Shown one piece after another: positions 31,138 through 45,086 of a DNA stretch of 64,000 bases (its first letter is position 1; every line of letters starts with the position of its first letter). A program made the translations under genes and the position numbers. Location of the stretch: sequence record DRR723986_618; one strand, given 5' to 3'. Under the pieces are notes generated by a model. The model made no database searches and was not told the origin of the DNA. It saw only the letters and a program-made list of their open reading frames with translations.

Positions 31138-31908
31138 TTACAGGGTGACTTTTTCAACTGGCGTGCAGGGGCGAATTTCCAGCAAGTCCACCGACACCCC
31201 GCGCGGCATCGACAAACAGAACAGCAGTGCCTGTGCGACATGCTCCGCCTGCATACCGCTATCCATCCACGGCCCCTGACGGTGCCATTGCTGCACCGCC
31301 GCCTGCAGATGCTCAAACGTCCATCCTGCAGCGAAATCTGTCATCGCGGCACCGGGGCGCAAAATACTGACGCCGACACCCGCCGGAGCAAGCTCACGGC
31401 GCAGGTCTCGGCTCAGCCGCTCGACAGCGGCCTTGCTGGCCGCGTAAAGCGACAGGCCCGCCATTTCGTCATGGTGCTGCGCACTCGCGCTGCTCACATT
31501 GATCAACCGGGGGTTGGCAGACTGCTTTAACAGGGGGGCGGCTGCGCGACTGCAATAGAGCGTCGCGGCAATATTGAGCTGCAACTGTTGATGAATCTCG
31601 TCGTCTTGCCAGTCTTCAACAAAACCAGGGCGTGCCAGACCGGCATTGTTCACCAATGCATCCAAGCCGCCGAAATGCTGCGCAACGCTCTCTATTGCCG
31701 ATTGCGCTTGCGCGCTGTCGGTAATATCGGCGGCAACCGCCAAGCTGCGCTCGCCCAGCTCGTCACAGTGCCGCTGCAATAGGGTTTCACGGCGCGCGAT
31801 CATACCCACCTTCGCACCGGCAGCAATCAGCGCCCGCGCCATCGCCAGGCCAAAGCCCGAGGAGGCCCCCGTTACCGCAACAACCCGACCGTTCTGAGAA
31901 TCATTCAT
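31138..31908 (-). CDS. SDR oxidoreductase
   Basis: TGASSGFG, NNAG, YAASK. Confidence 0.92.
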   Translation of the reverse strand: MNDSQNGRVVAVTGASSGFGLAMARALIAAGAKVGMIARRETLLQRHCDELGERSLAVAADITDSAQAQSAIESVAQHFGGLDALVNNAGLARPGFVEDWQDDEIHQQLQLNIAATLYCSRAAAPLLKQSANPRLINVSSASAQHHDEMAGLSLYAASKAAVERLSRDLRRELAPAGVGVSILRPGAAMTDFAAGWTFEHLQAAVQQWHRQGPWMDSGMQAEHVAQALLFCLSMPRGVSVDLLEIRPCTPVEKVTL

Positions 31909-31917
31909 AGTCCCCTC

Positions 31918-33399
31918 CTACACGGCGATGGCAATGGTTTTGGTTTGCAGGTATTCCTCAAAGCCCTCCGGCCCCATTTCTCGCCCCACTCCGCTTTGCT
32001 TATAGCCGCCAAAAGGCGCATCGGGGCCGAGGAAGTTGCCACCATTGACGTTGACCGTGCCACTGCGGATTTTCCGCGCAAACGCCAGGGCACGCTCTTC
32101 GCTGGCCGAATACACCGAGCCCGATAAGCCGTAGATGGAGTCGTTGCACAAGCGCAGCGCCTCGGCTTCGTCGTCATAGGGGATGACCACCAATACCGGC
32201 CCGAATATTTCCTCTTGCGCGATACGCATATCATTGCGCACATCACTGAATATGGTCGGCTCAACAAAGTAGCCAGCGCGTGTATGCGCGGGAATACCGC
32301 CACCCATTATCAGCCTCGCGCCTTCCTGTTTGCCCAGCTCAATATATTCCAACACCCGCTGACGCTGACGCTCGCTGATCAGCGGCCCCTGCATTTCCCC
32401 GCTGGTATCGCTGCTACCGTAAGACATGCCGCCAACATAGGCGCACAACAGCTCTTCGGCCTCCGCAAGTCGGCTACGCGGCACTAACAGACGAGTGGTA
32501 ATCGCGCAGCCCTGACCACTGTGCGCGCAGATAGCCAGCGAGCCAAACAAGGCAGTGGGCAGGTCGGCGTCCTCGAGCAGCACCATTGCAGACTTGCCGC
32601 CCAGCTCCAAAAACACCCGTTTAACCGTATCCGCGGCATTGCGCATAACCTGCCTGCCCACCGCCGTGGAGCCAGTAAACGACACCACATCGACACGCGG
32701 ATCTCGGGTCATTGCATTGCCAATTTCGGCGGGGTCGCTAGCGGTGAGCACATTGAACACGCCGGGGGGCAGCTCGGCCTCGGCGGCAATGCGGCCAAGC
32801 AGAGATGCCGTCCACGGCGTTTCGGCAGCGGCCTTAAGTACCACCGTACAGCCCGCGGCCAGAGCCGGCAGGCACTTAGCCAGGTTAATTTGAATGGGAA
32901 AATTCCACGGTGAAATAGCCGCCACCACGCCCGCGGCCTCCTTCACCACAAGGCGCCGACTGCGAACGCCCATCACCTCGTATTCACCGATGTCCCGCTG
33001 CCAGGGGAAGGGCGCCATATACTCCACCGGCCAGTTCGCCATCGCAATTGGCCCGTCGCACTGCGGGCCGTGAACGAAGAACTGAGTCGCCCCGGTTTCG
33101 TCGGCAACCGCTGCGCGCAGGGCATCGCGATGGCGATTTAGGCCGTCGACAAAGCGCTGCAAACAGGCGCGGCGTGCGGCGTGATCCGTCGACCAGTCGC
33201 TGTGATCAAAGGCCCGCCGCGCGGCGTCAATCGCCTCATCGGCATCGCGCAAGCTGGCATCAGCGGCAACCCCGAGCGCCGTCTCGGTCAAGGGGCTGAT
33301 GTTCTCATACTGACGACCGCCCTCAGCGGGGCGCAGCTCGCCATTGATATACAAGCGGCTCTCGCCGTGACCTGGCTGCCGGGTATCAGCAACGCCCAT
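31918..33399 (-). CDS. Aldehyde dehydrogenase (Rv0768 AldA-like)
   Basis: PWNFP, FTGST, LELGGKS, GQGCAITTR, EEIFGPV, PFGGYKQSG. Confidence 0.96.
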   Translation of the reverse strand: MGVADTRQPGHGESRLYINGELRPAEGGRQYENISPLTETALGVAADASLRDADEAIDAARRAFDHSDWSTDHAARRACLQRFVDGLNRHRDALRAAVADETGATQFFVHGPQCDGPIAMANWPVEYMAPFPWQRDIGEYEVMGVRSRRLVVKEAAGVVAAISPWNFPIQINLAKCLPALAAGCTVVLKAAAETPWTASLLGRIAAEAELPPGVFNVLTASDPAEIGNAMTRDPRVDVVSFTGSTAVGRQVMRNAADTVKRVFLELGGKSAMVLLEDADLPTALFGSLAICAHSGQGCAITTRLLVPRSRLAEAEELLCAYVGGMSYGSSDTSGEMQGPLISERQRQRVLEYIELGKQEGARLIMGGGIPAHTRAGYFVEPTIFSDVRNDMRIAQEEIFGPVLVVIPYDDEAEALRLCNDSIYGLSGSVYSASEERALAFARKIRSGTVNVNGGNFLGPDAPFGGYKQSGVGREMGPEGFEEYLQTKTIAIAV

Positions 33400-33417
33400 G
33401 GTGACCTCCTATTATTG

Positions 33418-34299
33418 TTATTCGACGTCCGGGCGCGATATCGCCATAAAGACATCGTCGATATCGCGGCGCACCCTTTCAGTGAGCGGCAACGCCACAT
33501 TGAGCTGCGCCGCCAAACTGAGGGCGTGATCCAGGTCTTTCTCCGCCAGCGCTGCGAAAGGGCCAAACACCGCTCGCATATCCTCATCACTGCAGGCGGC
33601 GCGCACGCCGTCACGACCGTCGATAAACTGCTTCATCATGGCGGTAATCACGCCATTGGCCTGCCCTACCTGATGCAGCGCATCGAGATCGGCACCGGCG
33701 CATTTGACCAATTGCGCCGCTTCAGAAATCGCCGAAAAAGCGGCATAGTTCATCAGGTTATTTGCCAGCTTCAGTACGGTTGCCTGCCCCGCCTCACCGG
33801 CATACACCACCGTTTTACTCGTACACGCAAACATCCCCTGACAGCGCGATACCGCCGCTTTACTGCCGCCGGCCATAATGCATAGCGTGGCATCCGCCGC
33901 TCCCGCCGCACCGCCGGTGATAGGGGCATCGACCAGGGCCAATCCTCGCTCAGCGGCATCCGCGGCCCAGCGCACAACACCGCCTCGGGTGACGGTGCTG
34001 TGAATGGCAATGACGGTTTCGGGTGCAGCCACCGCAAAAATGCCTGCCTCGCCATAGAGCAGTTGCTCAACGTCCGCGTCATCGCGCACGCACAGCGCGA
34101 TCAGCGAGCAATTGCGGGCCAGTTCCTCCGCGCTTTCAACAACGCGGGCGCCCAGCGCCTGCATTTCTGCCAGGGGCGCGGGGTCGAGATCGAATACCGA
34201 TAAGGCAAGATGCTGTGACGACGCCTTGCGGGCAATATTGGCGCACATCGGTTTGCCAATATTCCCCAGACCAATAAAGCCGCACTGCAGGGCGCTCAT
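33418..34299 (-). CDS. 3-hydroxyisobutyrate dehydrogenase family NAD(P)-dependent oxidoreductase
   Basis: GFIGLGNIG.PM, VDAPITGG, KLANN, KDL. Confidence 0.92.
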   Translation of the reverse strand: MSALQCGFIGLGNIGKPMCANIARKASSQHLALSVFDLDPAPLAEMQALGARVVESAEELARNCSLIALCVRDDADVEQLLYGEAGIFAVAAPETVIAIHSTVTRGGVVRWAADAAERGLALVDAPITGGAAGAADATLCIMAGGSKAAVSRCQGMFACTSKTVVYAGEAGQATVLKLANNLMNYAAFSAISEAAQLVKCAGADLDALHQVGQANGVITAMMKQFIDGRDGVRAACSDEDMRAVFGPFAALAEKDLDHALSLAAQLNVALPLTERVRRDIDDVFMAISRPDVE

Positions 34300-35495
34300 A
34301 GCTCGCCCGCCTGCCGCGGGCGAAAGCGCATTGGCAAAGTAGTAAAGCCGCGCACATTAGGGTTGTGAGTGCGGTCACTGCGCGACAGGTCCAGGTCGTA
34401 ATCGGGAATCGCCTTTAGCAGCTCCTCGAAGCATACCCTGACCTCCAAGCGCGCCAACGCCGAACCCAGGCAGGCGTGAATACCCACGCCGAAGGCCATG
34501 TGGTCGCGCGCTCCCCGGCATACATCGTAGACATCGGCATTTTCATAGCGCTCTTCGTCACGACTGGCGGAAATAATGCACAGTCCGACGCGCGCGCCAG
34601 CGGCAATCTTTTGTCCGCGAATCTCGATATCTTTGGTTACCGTTCGGCCGATCATTTGCGTGGAGCCGTCGAAGCGCAGAGTCTCCTCTACCGCGTCGGC
34701 GATGCGGCTGGGGTCGTCAATCAACAACTGGCGCTGCTGCGGGTGCTGCCAGAGCCGGTAGCCCATGTTTCCAATCAACTTAGTGGTGGTTTCGTTGCCG
34801 GCAACCGCCAGCAAAATGCCAAAACCAATGACATCGTCGTGAGTCATTTTGCCGTCTTTCTCAGCCTGTAAAACGCAGCTGAACATATCGTCGGGATCGA
34901 AGGGCTGCTCAGCCAATTGTCGGGACAGGTCGTCAAAATACTGGGCCAATTTAAAATAGGCGTTGACGTTCGCTTCGCTGATCTCGAACTGGCCATCTTC
35001 CCGGTAGATTAGCTCATCTGCCCAGGTGCGCACCGCGGCTTGATCCGCCTCGGGCACATGAATCATGGTAGAGATCACGTCCATTGGCAGAATGGCGCTG
35101 AAGTCCTGAATCAGGTCCATCTCCCCGCGCGCCAGATGAGGCGCGATCAGCGAACGGGCCTTTTGCCGCGTGTAGTCTTCAAGAGCAGCAATACGCTGGG
35201 GCACCATCAGCCCCGATAACAGCTTGCGAATACGCGTATGGTCCGGCGGGTCCATATTAATGAACATGGGGTAGCCCGCCGACGCGCTTTGGTCTGACTC
35301 CAAGGCCGGGCCATTGATGCTGCTAAAGGTTTTAAAATCGCGAAATGCGTTAAAACAGTCTTCCCATTTGCTCAGCAGCCAAAAGCCGTGCTCGGCGTTG
35401 TAGTAAACCGGCGCTTCGGCCCGCAAACGCTGGTAGTAGGGATAGGGGTCTTCATGAACCGCATGGGAATAGGGATTGAACTCCACCGCCGCCAT
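34296..35495 (-). CDS. Cytochrome P450 (CYP123-like)
   Basis: RBS AAGGAG; DPPDH, AGNETT, EETLR, FGVGIHACLG heme-thiolate motif. Confidence 0.96.
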   Translation of the reverse strand: MAAVEFNPYSHAVHEDPYPYYQRLRAEAPVYYNAEHGFWLLSKWEDCFNAFRDFKTFSSINGPALESDQSASAGYPMFINMDPPDHTRIRKLLSGLMVPQRIAALEDYTRQKARSLIAPHLARGEMDLIQDFSAILPMDVISTMIHVPEADQAAVRTWADELIYREDGQFEISEANVNAYFKLAQYFDDLSRQLAEQPFDPDDMFSCVLQAEKDGKMTHDDVIGFGILLAVAGNETTTKLIGNMGYRLWQHPQQRQLLIDDPSRIADAVEETLRFDGSTQMIGRTVTKDIEIRGQKIAAGARVGLCIISASRDEERYENADVYDVCRGARDHMAFGVGIHACLGSALARLEVRVCFEELLKAIPDYDLDLSRSDRTHNPNVRGFTTLPMRFRPRQAGEL

Positions 35496-35627
35496 CGCGC
35501 ACTCCTTATCATTATTATTGCCGAGTACGCTAGCACAGCCCCACACAAAAGGTAAATACACTAAATATATTTTAATAAATATGTGTTACATTAATTGGCG
35601 CTACAGAATTAACAGGCGCCCAAGGCC

Positions 35628-36713
35628 ATGCCACAGACTTCAGCCGCACTCGAGCGGTTTCGTAACAACCCGCTCAAACAACTCAATGCCCTCAGCAATG
35701 ACTGTGAACAAGCCACCATGCAGGGCTTAGCCGCCCAGGGGTTCACGAGATTAGCCATGCACTTCGCCGCGCCGATGAGCTTGCTGGGCCAACGCCCACA
35801 CCGGCTCACCGAGCTAGCCCAGCGACTGGCAATGAGTAAACAGCTTTGCCTGCAAAGCCTGCGCCCTTTAAGCGAGGCCGGGTATATCGCGCGCCAAGCC
35901 GACCCGCTCGACAAACGGGCAAAGCTTATTGCCCTTAGCCCGCGCGGCAATCAGCTTATTGCTGCAGCAAACCAACAATTGGTCGACATCAATGAGCGTT
36001 ATGTGGCGCAGCTCGGCAGCGCTGAGTTGGCATTTTTGAGCCGCTATGCTCAGCGGGTTTGCATTGAGATGGCCGTGCCCGGCTTTGAACCGAACCGGAC
36101 TGGCATTGATGAGCAACTGCCTTTTTCAATGCTGATCGGCATGATCAACCGAAGCCTGCAGCGCCACCTGATGCAGGGCACCATTGCCCGCGGCCACCCA
36201 CATTTGCAAATGACCCACGGCCAGGTGCTCGCCTGCCTGGCCCCCGAGGGCAGCAGTGTTGGCGAACTGGCACAGGCCAATGGCGTATCCAGCCAGGCCA
36301 TTTCTCGCGTCGCACGTCAGCTTGATGAATTGGGCTATGTCGAGCGCCACAGTGACCCCGCTGACGGACGCAGCCAGCGCCTTCACCTGACTGAAGCGGG
36401 CGTTGAGTTAATAGACGATGCGGTATCGGTTATGACGGAACTAGAGCGACGCCTGCAACACCGCCTGGGTGACGGCGACTTTCAGCGCTTCTGCAAAGCC
36501 CTACAGACGCTTAGCGGCGCCGAACCGCAGACTGAGGTGAATGTGGCGGCGCCGCTAAGCGTCCCCGAGCTGCTGACTTACGCCGCGGACCTGCTGGATA
36601 AGGGCCAGCCGAGCGCCGACCTGAATGCCGCCGTCGAAAAGCGCCTCGGAAGCGAAGCGCAAACGCAGCTGAATGCGTTACTCCGCCTTGCTGTCGGGAC
36701 CCCCATAGGGTGA
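35628..36713 (+). CDS. Tandem double-MarR transcriptional regulator
   Basis: Two wHTH modules ending DPLDKRAKLI.L and DPADGRSQRL.LT; divergent from the P450 operon. Confidence 0.88.
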   Translation: MPQTSAALERFRNNPLKQLNALSNDCEQATMQGLAAQGFTRLAMHFAAPMSLLGQRPHRLTELAQRLAMSKQLCLQSLRPLSEAGYIARQADPLDKRAKLIALSPRGNQLIAAANQQLVDINERYVAQLGSAELAFLSRYAQRVCIEMAVPGFEPNRTGIDEQLPFSMLIGMINRSLQRHLMQGTIARGHPHLQMTHGQVLACLAPEGSSVGELAQANGVSSQAISRVARQLDELGYVERHSDPADGRSQRLHLTEAGVELIDDAVSVMTELERRLQHRLGDGDFQRFCKALQTLSGAEPQTEVNVAAPLSVPELLTYAADLLDKGQPSADLNAAVEKRLGSEAQTQLNALLRLAVGTPIG

Positions 36714-38282
36714 GAGTTTGTGCAATTGATCCAAGTAGACAAAGATTTTCGCGAAGTGGCGCGATGAGCGCCGCTGCCAGCGCAGCGCATCCAGATACAA
36801 ATCGCCATTAACGGTATTCTCATTGCCCGACGCAATTTCTGCCATCAGCGCTTCGCGGGCGGATTCGGTCTCGTCCTCGCAGCGCTCAGCAAACGCCGAT
36901 GCAGCGCCGGCCACGTCATCAGACTCGTCTGTTAAGCGTTTTACGAGCTGCCGGCAACCGTCTTCAAAAACCACACCGGAGTGCAGTGGCGGCCCTTTTT
37001 TCTGCCAGCGCTGAGCCGTTTCGCGATCTGCCAAGCGCAGGTGCAGGCGCTGCATATGGTCAATGACGTGCATACACGCCAACAGGCGCTGCCAGCTGTC
37101 CGGCGTGTCGGGCCGCAAGTGAATATCGTCTACATAGCGTTGGCAGCGCTCAATGGCATCGTCAAGCTCGCGATGGCGCTCGGGCTTGGCTGATGGCTGG
37201 TCGCGCAGCAAACCAATGCAATATTGCAGCTGCGCTTCAACCAGTGAGCGCAAGCTGCGCCGTACAGCCTCCAGGGCAATCGCGGGGTCTTTCAATAATT
37301 GCTTATCCAAATGCCCAGTGAACTGCTCCTGTGCCTCCGGCACCAACCAGAGCATGAACCGCGCAAACTGGCCCGCCAGTGGTAACACCAAAATAACGCC
37401 GAGCAGATTGAACAAGCTGTGAAACGCCACAAGGGCGACCTCAGCCTGCTGGTATATCGCCCCGGGCGCCCACCATTGCCAAAGCGCAACGTAGGGCAGC
37501 AGCATGAGAAAGGCGGCAATCCCGGTGAACACGTTGTACACCACATGGGAATAGCCCGTGCGCCGAGTTTCGGCTGAGCCGCCCAGGGTGGCAAACAGAG
37601 CCGTTGCAGTGGTGCCAACGTCCATACCAATTACCATCGCGGCCGCCTGTTCAAACTCCAAAGCGCCGCTGTGCACAGCGGTTAACGCGGTAGCCACGCC
37701 CGCACTGGAGGATTGGGTAATCAGCGTAATTAGCGCCCCCAGCAACAACAGCTGGAGACGCCCCAGCCAAGTATTCTCCGGGAAACTGTCTGGGGTAATC
37801 CGCCCCTCTAAGCCGGACATTCCCACTTGCATCGCGTCGATGCCAACAAAGATCAGGCCAAAACCCGCAAGTGCCAGCCCGGCGGCACGCCAGCGCCCCC
37901 GGCCAAACAATTGCGCCAGGGCGCCAGCGAGAATACAGGGCAACAACAGCGTATTCAGCTCGAGCTTGAAGCCCAGCAGGGCGACCATCCACCCCGTAAC
38001 GGTGGTACCGAGGTTAGCGCCAAATATCACCCCAAGGGCCTGGGGATAGCTCAATAAGCCCGCGCCAACAAAGCCCACCGCCGCCACTGTTGTTGCGCTG
38101 GAAGACTGCAGAATTGCCGTGGTTGCTGCGCCGGTGAAGGCGCCACTAGTCGGGCTGCGGGTAAAGCGCGAAAGTGCCCGGTGAAGGGCATCGCCAGCCA
38201 GTGCTTTGAGGCCGTCGGTCATCAGGATAATGCCGACTAAAAACAGGCCGAGGCCGCCCGCTAATTCCATCCATTGGTTCAC
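36678..38282 (-). CDS. Na/Pi cotransporter family protein
   Basis: Repeated QSSS motifs with GANLGTT / GMDVGTT; PhoU-like C-terminus. Confidence 0.92.
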   Translation of the reverse strand: MNQWMELAGGLGLFLVGIILMTDGLKALAGDALHRALSRFTRSPTSGAFTGAATTAILQSSSATTVAAVGFVGAGLLSYPQALGVIFGANLGTTVTGWMVALLGFKLELNTLLLPCILAGALAQLFGRGRWRAAGLALAGFGLIFVGIDAMQVGMSGLEGRITPDSFPENTWLGRLQLLLLGALITLITQSSSAGVATALTAVHSGALEFEQAAAMVIGMDVGTTATALFATLGGSAETRRTGYSHVVYNVFTGIAAFLMLLPYVALWQWWAPGAIYQQAEVALVAFHSLFNLLGVILVLPLAGQFARFMLWLVPEAQEQFTGHLDKQLLKDPAIALEAVRRSLRSLVEAQLQYCIGLLRDQPSAKPERHRELDDAIERCQRYVDDIHLRPDTPDSWQRLLACMHVIDHMQRLHLRLADRETAQRWQKKGPPLHSGVVFEDGCRQLVKRLTDESDDVAGAASAFAERCEDETESAREALMAEIASGNENTVNGDLYLDALRWQRRSSRHFAKIFVYLDQLHKLSPYGGPDSKAE

Positions 38283-38359
38283 ATTGAAACGCCTTTAAAC
38301 GATCGCTGTATTTTGCCGATAACAACGCGCCATTTATTCCCCGTAATTTTACTTAGGGC

Positions 38360-38803
38360 CTAGGCACGGGCGAGTATCCGGTCGAGCTGATTAGCGAAGG
38401 CTTGTTTCTCACGCTGGCCATAGGCGCTTTGCCCGCCGCTCTGAATGCCGGAGGAGCGCAGCGTCTCCATAAAATCGCGCATATTGAGCCGACCGCGAAT
38501 ATTGTCAGCCGTGTAACGCTCACCCCTTGGGTTGAGAGCCATCGCGCCTTTCTCGATGACCTCGGCGGCCAGGGGAATATCACTCGTAATGACCAGGTCC
38601 CCCTCTTCACAACGGCGCACAATTTCATTGTCGGCAACATCAAAGCCAGCGCTCACCTGAACCGCGGTAATATGGGGGACCGGCGGCACTCTCAGCATTT
38701 GATTCGCCACGAGGGTTAAGGCGACCCCGGTGCGCTCGGCCGCTTTAAATAAGATGTCTCTGACCACCACCGGGCAGGCATCGGCGTCAACCCAGATTTT
38801 CAT
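38360..38803 (-). CDS. yaiI: YaiI/YqxD (DUF188) family protein
   Basis: [30 protein letters not shown]. Confidence 0.92.
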   Translation of the reverse strand: MKIWVDADACPVVVRDILFKAAERTGVALTLVANQMLRVPPVPHITAVQVSAGFDVADNEIVRRCEEGDLVITSDIPLAAEVIEKGAMALNPRGERYTADNIRGRLNMRDFMETLRSSGIQSGGQSAYGQREKQAFANQLDRILARA

Positions 38804-38898
38804 TTTGGCTTTCTCCGGCATTTCGTTATAGCGTGTCAGGCATCGCTTTGACCTGGCGTTCCGTACAGACACTGAGCACCTCGCTGTGGAAAGAAATT

Positions 38899-39309
38899 AT
38901 GACGCGATTAACCCTATTTTACGATGGCCGATGCCCCTTGTGTGTCGCGGAAATGACGCGACTCGCCGCCCTGGACGGTCGCCGCGCACTGGCCTTTGAA
39001 GACATCAACGGCGAGGATTTTAGTCGCCGCTACCCCAGCATCGACCCCGTTGCGGCCAACCGGGTGTTACACGGCTGGGATGAAAACGGTTCGTTGTTAC
39101 TTGGCCTGGATGTGAGCTGTCGCGCCTGGCAGCTGGTAGGCAAACACCGCTGGATGGCCGCACTGCGCTGGCCGCTTATTCGCCCCTTGGCAGACCTTGG
39201 CTATCGCGTGTTCGCTAGACACCGCTACTTCTTTTCCCGGCTGTTTACCGGCCAGCCACGCTGCACAGAGCGCTGCGCCATCATTGAACATCGCCGTCAT
39301 GAACCCTAA
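38899..39309 (+). CDS. DCC/DUF393 thiol-disulfide oxidoreductase family protein
   Basis: LFYDGRCPLC motif, Y..FARHRY. Confidence 0.9.
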   Translation: MTRLTLFYDGRCPLCVAEMTRLAALDGRRALAFEDINGEDFSRRYPSIDPVAANRVLHGWDENGSLLLGLDVSCRAWQLVGKHRWMAALRWPLIRPLADLGYRVFARHRYFFSRLFTGQPRCTERCAIIEHRRHEP

Positions 39310-40027
39310 ACGCGCACTGGTGGTCGGCGGCAATAGCGCTATTGCGCAGGCGCTGATCCAAAAATTGCTGACCGACCAAGAATTGGATGGCGTACACGTC
39401 TCTAGTCGCCACCCCAGCGCCACTAAATGCGATGACCAGCGACTGCACTGGCACTGCGGCGACTACAGCTCGGACAGCCTCGCTGCGTGGGCAGACTCCC
39501 TGGCGGAGCATAGCGGAGCCATCTCTCGCGTGTTTATTTTCAATGGCGTGCTACACGACGCCGCCGGCCAACCTGAAAAGCGCCTCGAAGACATTAGCGC
39601 CGACACGCTACTGTCGCGCCTGCACAGCAACACCGTAACCCCCATGCTGGCTATTCAAGCGCTACTACCGGTGCTGCGCGGCCCTCAGCCCTGCGTGGTA
39701 GCCGTTCTCAGTGCCCGAATCGGCAGCATTGGCGATAACCAACTCGGTGGTTGGTACAGTTACCGCGCCTCCAAGGCAGCGTTGAACATGTTGTTAAAAA
39801 CCGCCAGCATCGAATTCGCTCGCCGTGCTAAGAACCTGAAATTGCTGTCCTTCCACCCGGGCACGACCGACTCACCCCTGTCAGCGCCCTTTCAGCACCG
39901 CGTCCCAGACGGCAAGTTATTCACCCCTCAGTTCGTCGCCGAACGCCTGCTGGACCTCTGCTCCGCCCTCCCCCACGACGGCCAGCTCAGTTATATCGAT
40001 TGGCAGGGAAAAGCCATCGACTGGTAA
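39299..40027 (+). CDS. SDR, C-factor (CsgA)-like
   Basis: SARIGSIGDNQLGGWYSYRASKAALNM, FHPGTTDS. Confidence 0.9.
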   Translation: MNPKRALVVGGNSAIAQALIQKLLTDQELDGVHVSSRHPSATKCDDQRLHWHCGDYSSDSLAAWADSLAEHSGAISRVFIFNGVLHDAAGQPEKRLEDISADTLLSRLHSNTVTPMLAIQALLPVLRGPQPCVVAVLSARIGSIGDNQLGGWYSYRASKAALNMLLKTASIEFARRAKNLKLLSFHPGTTDSPLSAPFQHRVPDGKLFTPQFVAERLLDLCSALPHDGQLSYIDWQGKAIDW

Positions 40028-40176
40028 CGGCCGTGGAAACTACGCATGTTCGACAGTGCAAGTGCACACTAGCATTACAGGTGTTATTGCCACGGTGTTA
40101 TATGTACTGACGAGACAGGGAGTTCGGGTACCGCATAGCCGCGGCTTCCTTATTGGCCGGTGCTCAGGGAGCAGTC

Positions 40177-43851
<3,675 letters not shown>

Positions 43852-43877
43852 CCGCCGCGCCGACGTATAATGTAGGC

Positions 43878-45074
43878 ATGACCAGCAACGTTCTCACCGC
43901 TGCTAAAGGCGCCGACCTACTGCAGAACATCGACCAGCTACTCAGCCAGCACGAAGCATTGTGGCGCGCCGGCGCGACCGCCGAGCCAGCGCCGCACTAC
44001 GACGAGCTGTTCCTCGCGCTTCGCACACTCTCGGCAGAGGATGTTGCCCAGCTTCAGAGCGATGACCTTATGCTCTTGGAGCAATTGTCGCCACACTTTG
44101 CTGATGCCAAAGACATTCTCGCCATTCTGTCTTACTTTACGCCGCCCATCGCGCCACCACATATCGAGCCCCCCAGCGGCATTGGTGGTAGAAAGTGGCA
44201 GCAAATACAGGCTTTTTGTGGTGGGCTAGCATCACTGTCGGGAAACGTGATCGAGTGGTGTTCCGGAAAAGGCTACCTCGGCCAGGCACTGCGATTCCAC
44301 CCGCAACACGCGCCCTCGTCTGTCATCGGCCTGGAAATTGATAGCGATCTTGTTGCCAGTGGCAACCACAGGCACGCCAACACCCATCAACGCATTGTGC
44401 GCTGCGATGTATTGAGCGAACAGGCAGAGTCGTTTGTGGCCGACGCCAACGCCATCATTGCACTGCACGCCTGCGGAGGGCTCCACCAACGCATGCTGAA
44501 AGTTGCCGCGACGACGAGCACCGCGCAGATTGCCCTCGCCCCGTGCTGCTACCACCGGTTTATTGAGCAGTACACGCCGCTGTCCGAGGCCGTTAACAAC
44601 TCGCCCCTCTCAATCACAACACAAGATTTGCGCCTGGCGGTTCGACAAACCGTCACGGCCCGGCGCGGTGAAACGCAGGCGCGACGACAACTTCACCACT
44701 GGTGGCTTGCAAGCCAACAACTTGCCCAGCAACAGGGGATAGCGCTGGACCAATACCGCGCCCTGCCCCACAGTGCTGCCAAAAAAGGGTTTAGCTACTT
44801 TGTAGAACAACAATGCGCCGCCAATGGCATTGCAACACTCGACATGAGCGACGCTGATACCGCCCTGGCCAACGCGGCAGGCCAACAGCTTGCGCAAGAG
44901 CAGCGCGGCCTCGCCGCCATGCTATTCAGGCGCCTGCTGGAATTGCGCTGCGTGTTAGACAGCGCCCTATTCCTGTGTGAGCAGGACTACCACGTTACGC
45001 TCAGTGTCTTTTGCCCGAGTACAACCACCCCAAGAAACTTTTTATTATCTGCCCGGCGCAAGAACGAAAGCTAA
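43878..45074 (+). CDS. SAM-dependent methyltransferase domain protein
   Basis: RKWQQI, EWCSGKGYLG, ALHACG.LH, APCCYH, TPRN. Confidence 0.85.
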   Translation: MTSNVLTAAKGADLLQNIDQLLSQHEALWRAGATAEPAPHYDELFLALRTLSAEDVAQLQSDDLMLLEQLSPHFADAKDILAILSYFTPPIAPPHIEPPSGIGGRKWQQIQAFCGGLASLSGNVIEWCSGKGYLGQALRFHPQHAPSSVIGLEIDSDLVASGNHRHANTHQRIVRCDVLSEQAESFVADANAIIALHACGGLHQRMLKVAATTSTAQIALAPCCYHRFIEQYTPLSEAVNNSPLSITTQDLRLAVRQTVTARRGETQARRQLHHWWLASQQLAQQQGIALDQYRALPHSAAKKGFSYFVEQQCAANGIATLDMSDADTALANAAGQQLAQEQRGLAAMLFRRLLELRCVLDSALFLCEQDYHVTLSVFCPSTTTPRNFLLSARRKNES

Positions 45075-45086
45075 GCATCAAAGAGC

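Noticed and set aside
33181-33885. 234-aa plus-strand ORF across the ALDH/dehydrogenase genes
   Set aside because: Fully antisense to two clear genes
36678-36713. 36-bp convergent overlap of MarR and Na/Pi genes
   Set aside because: Short tail-to-tail overlaps are common; no sign of function
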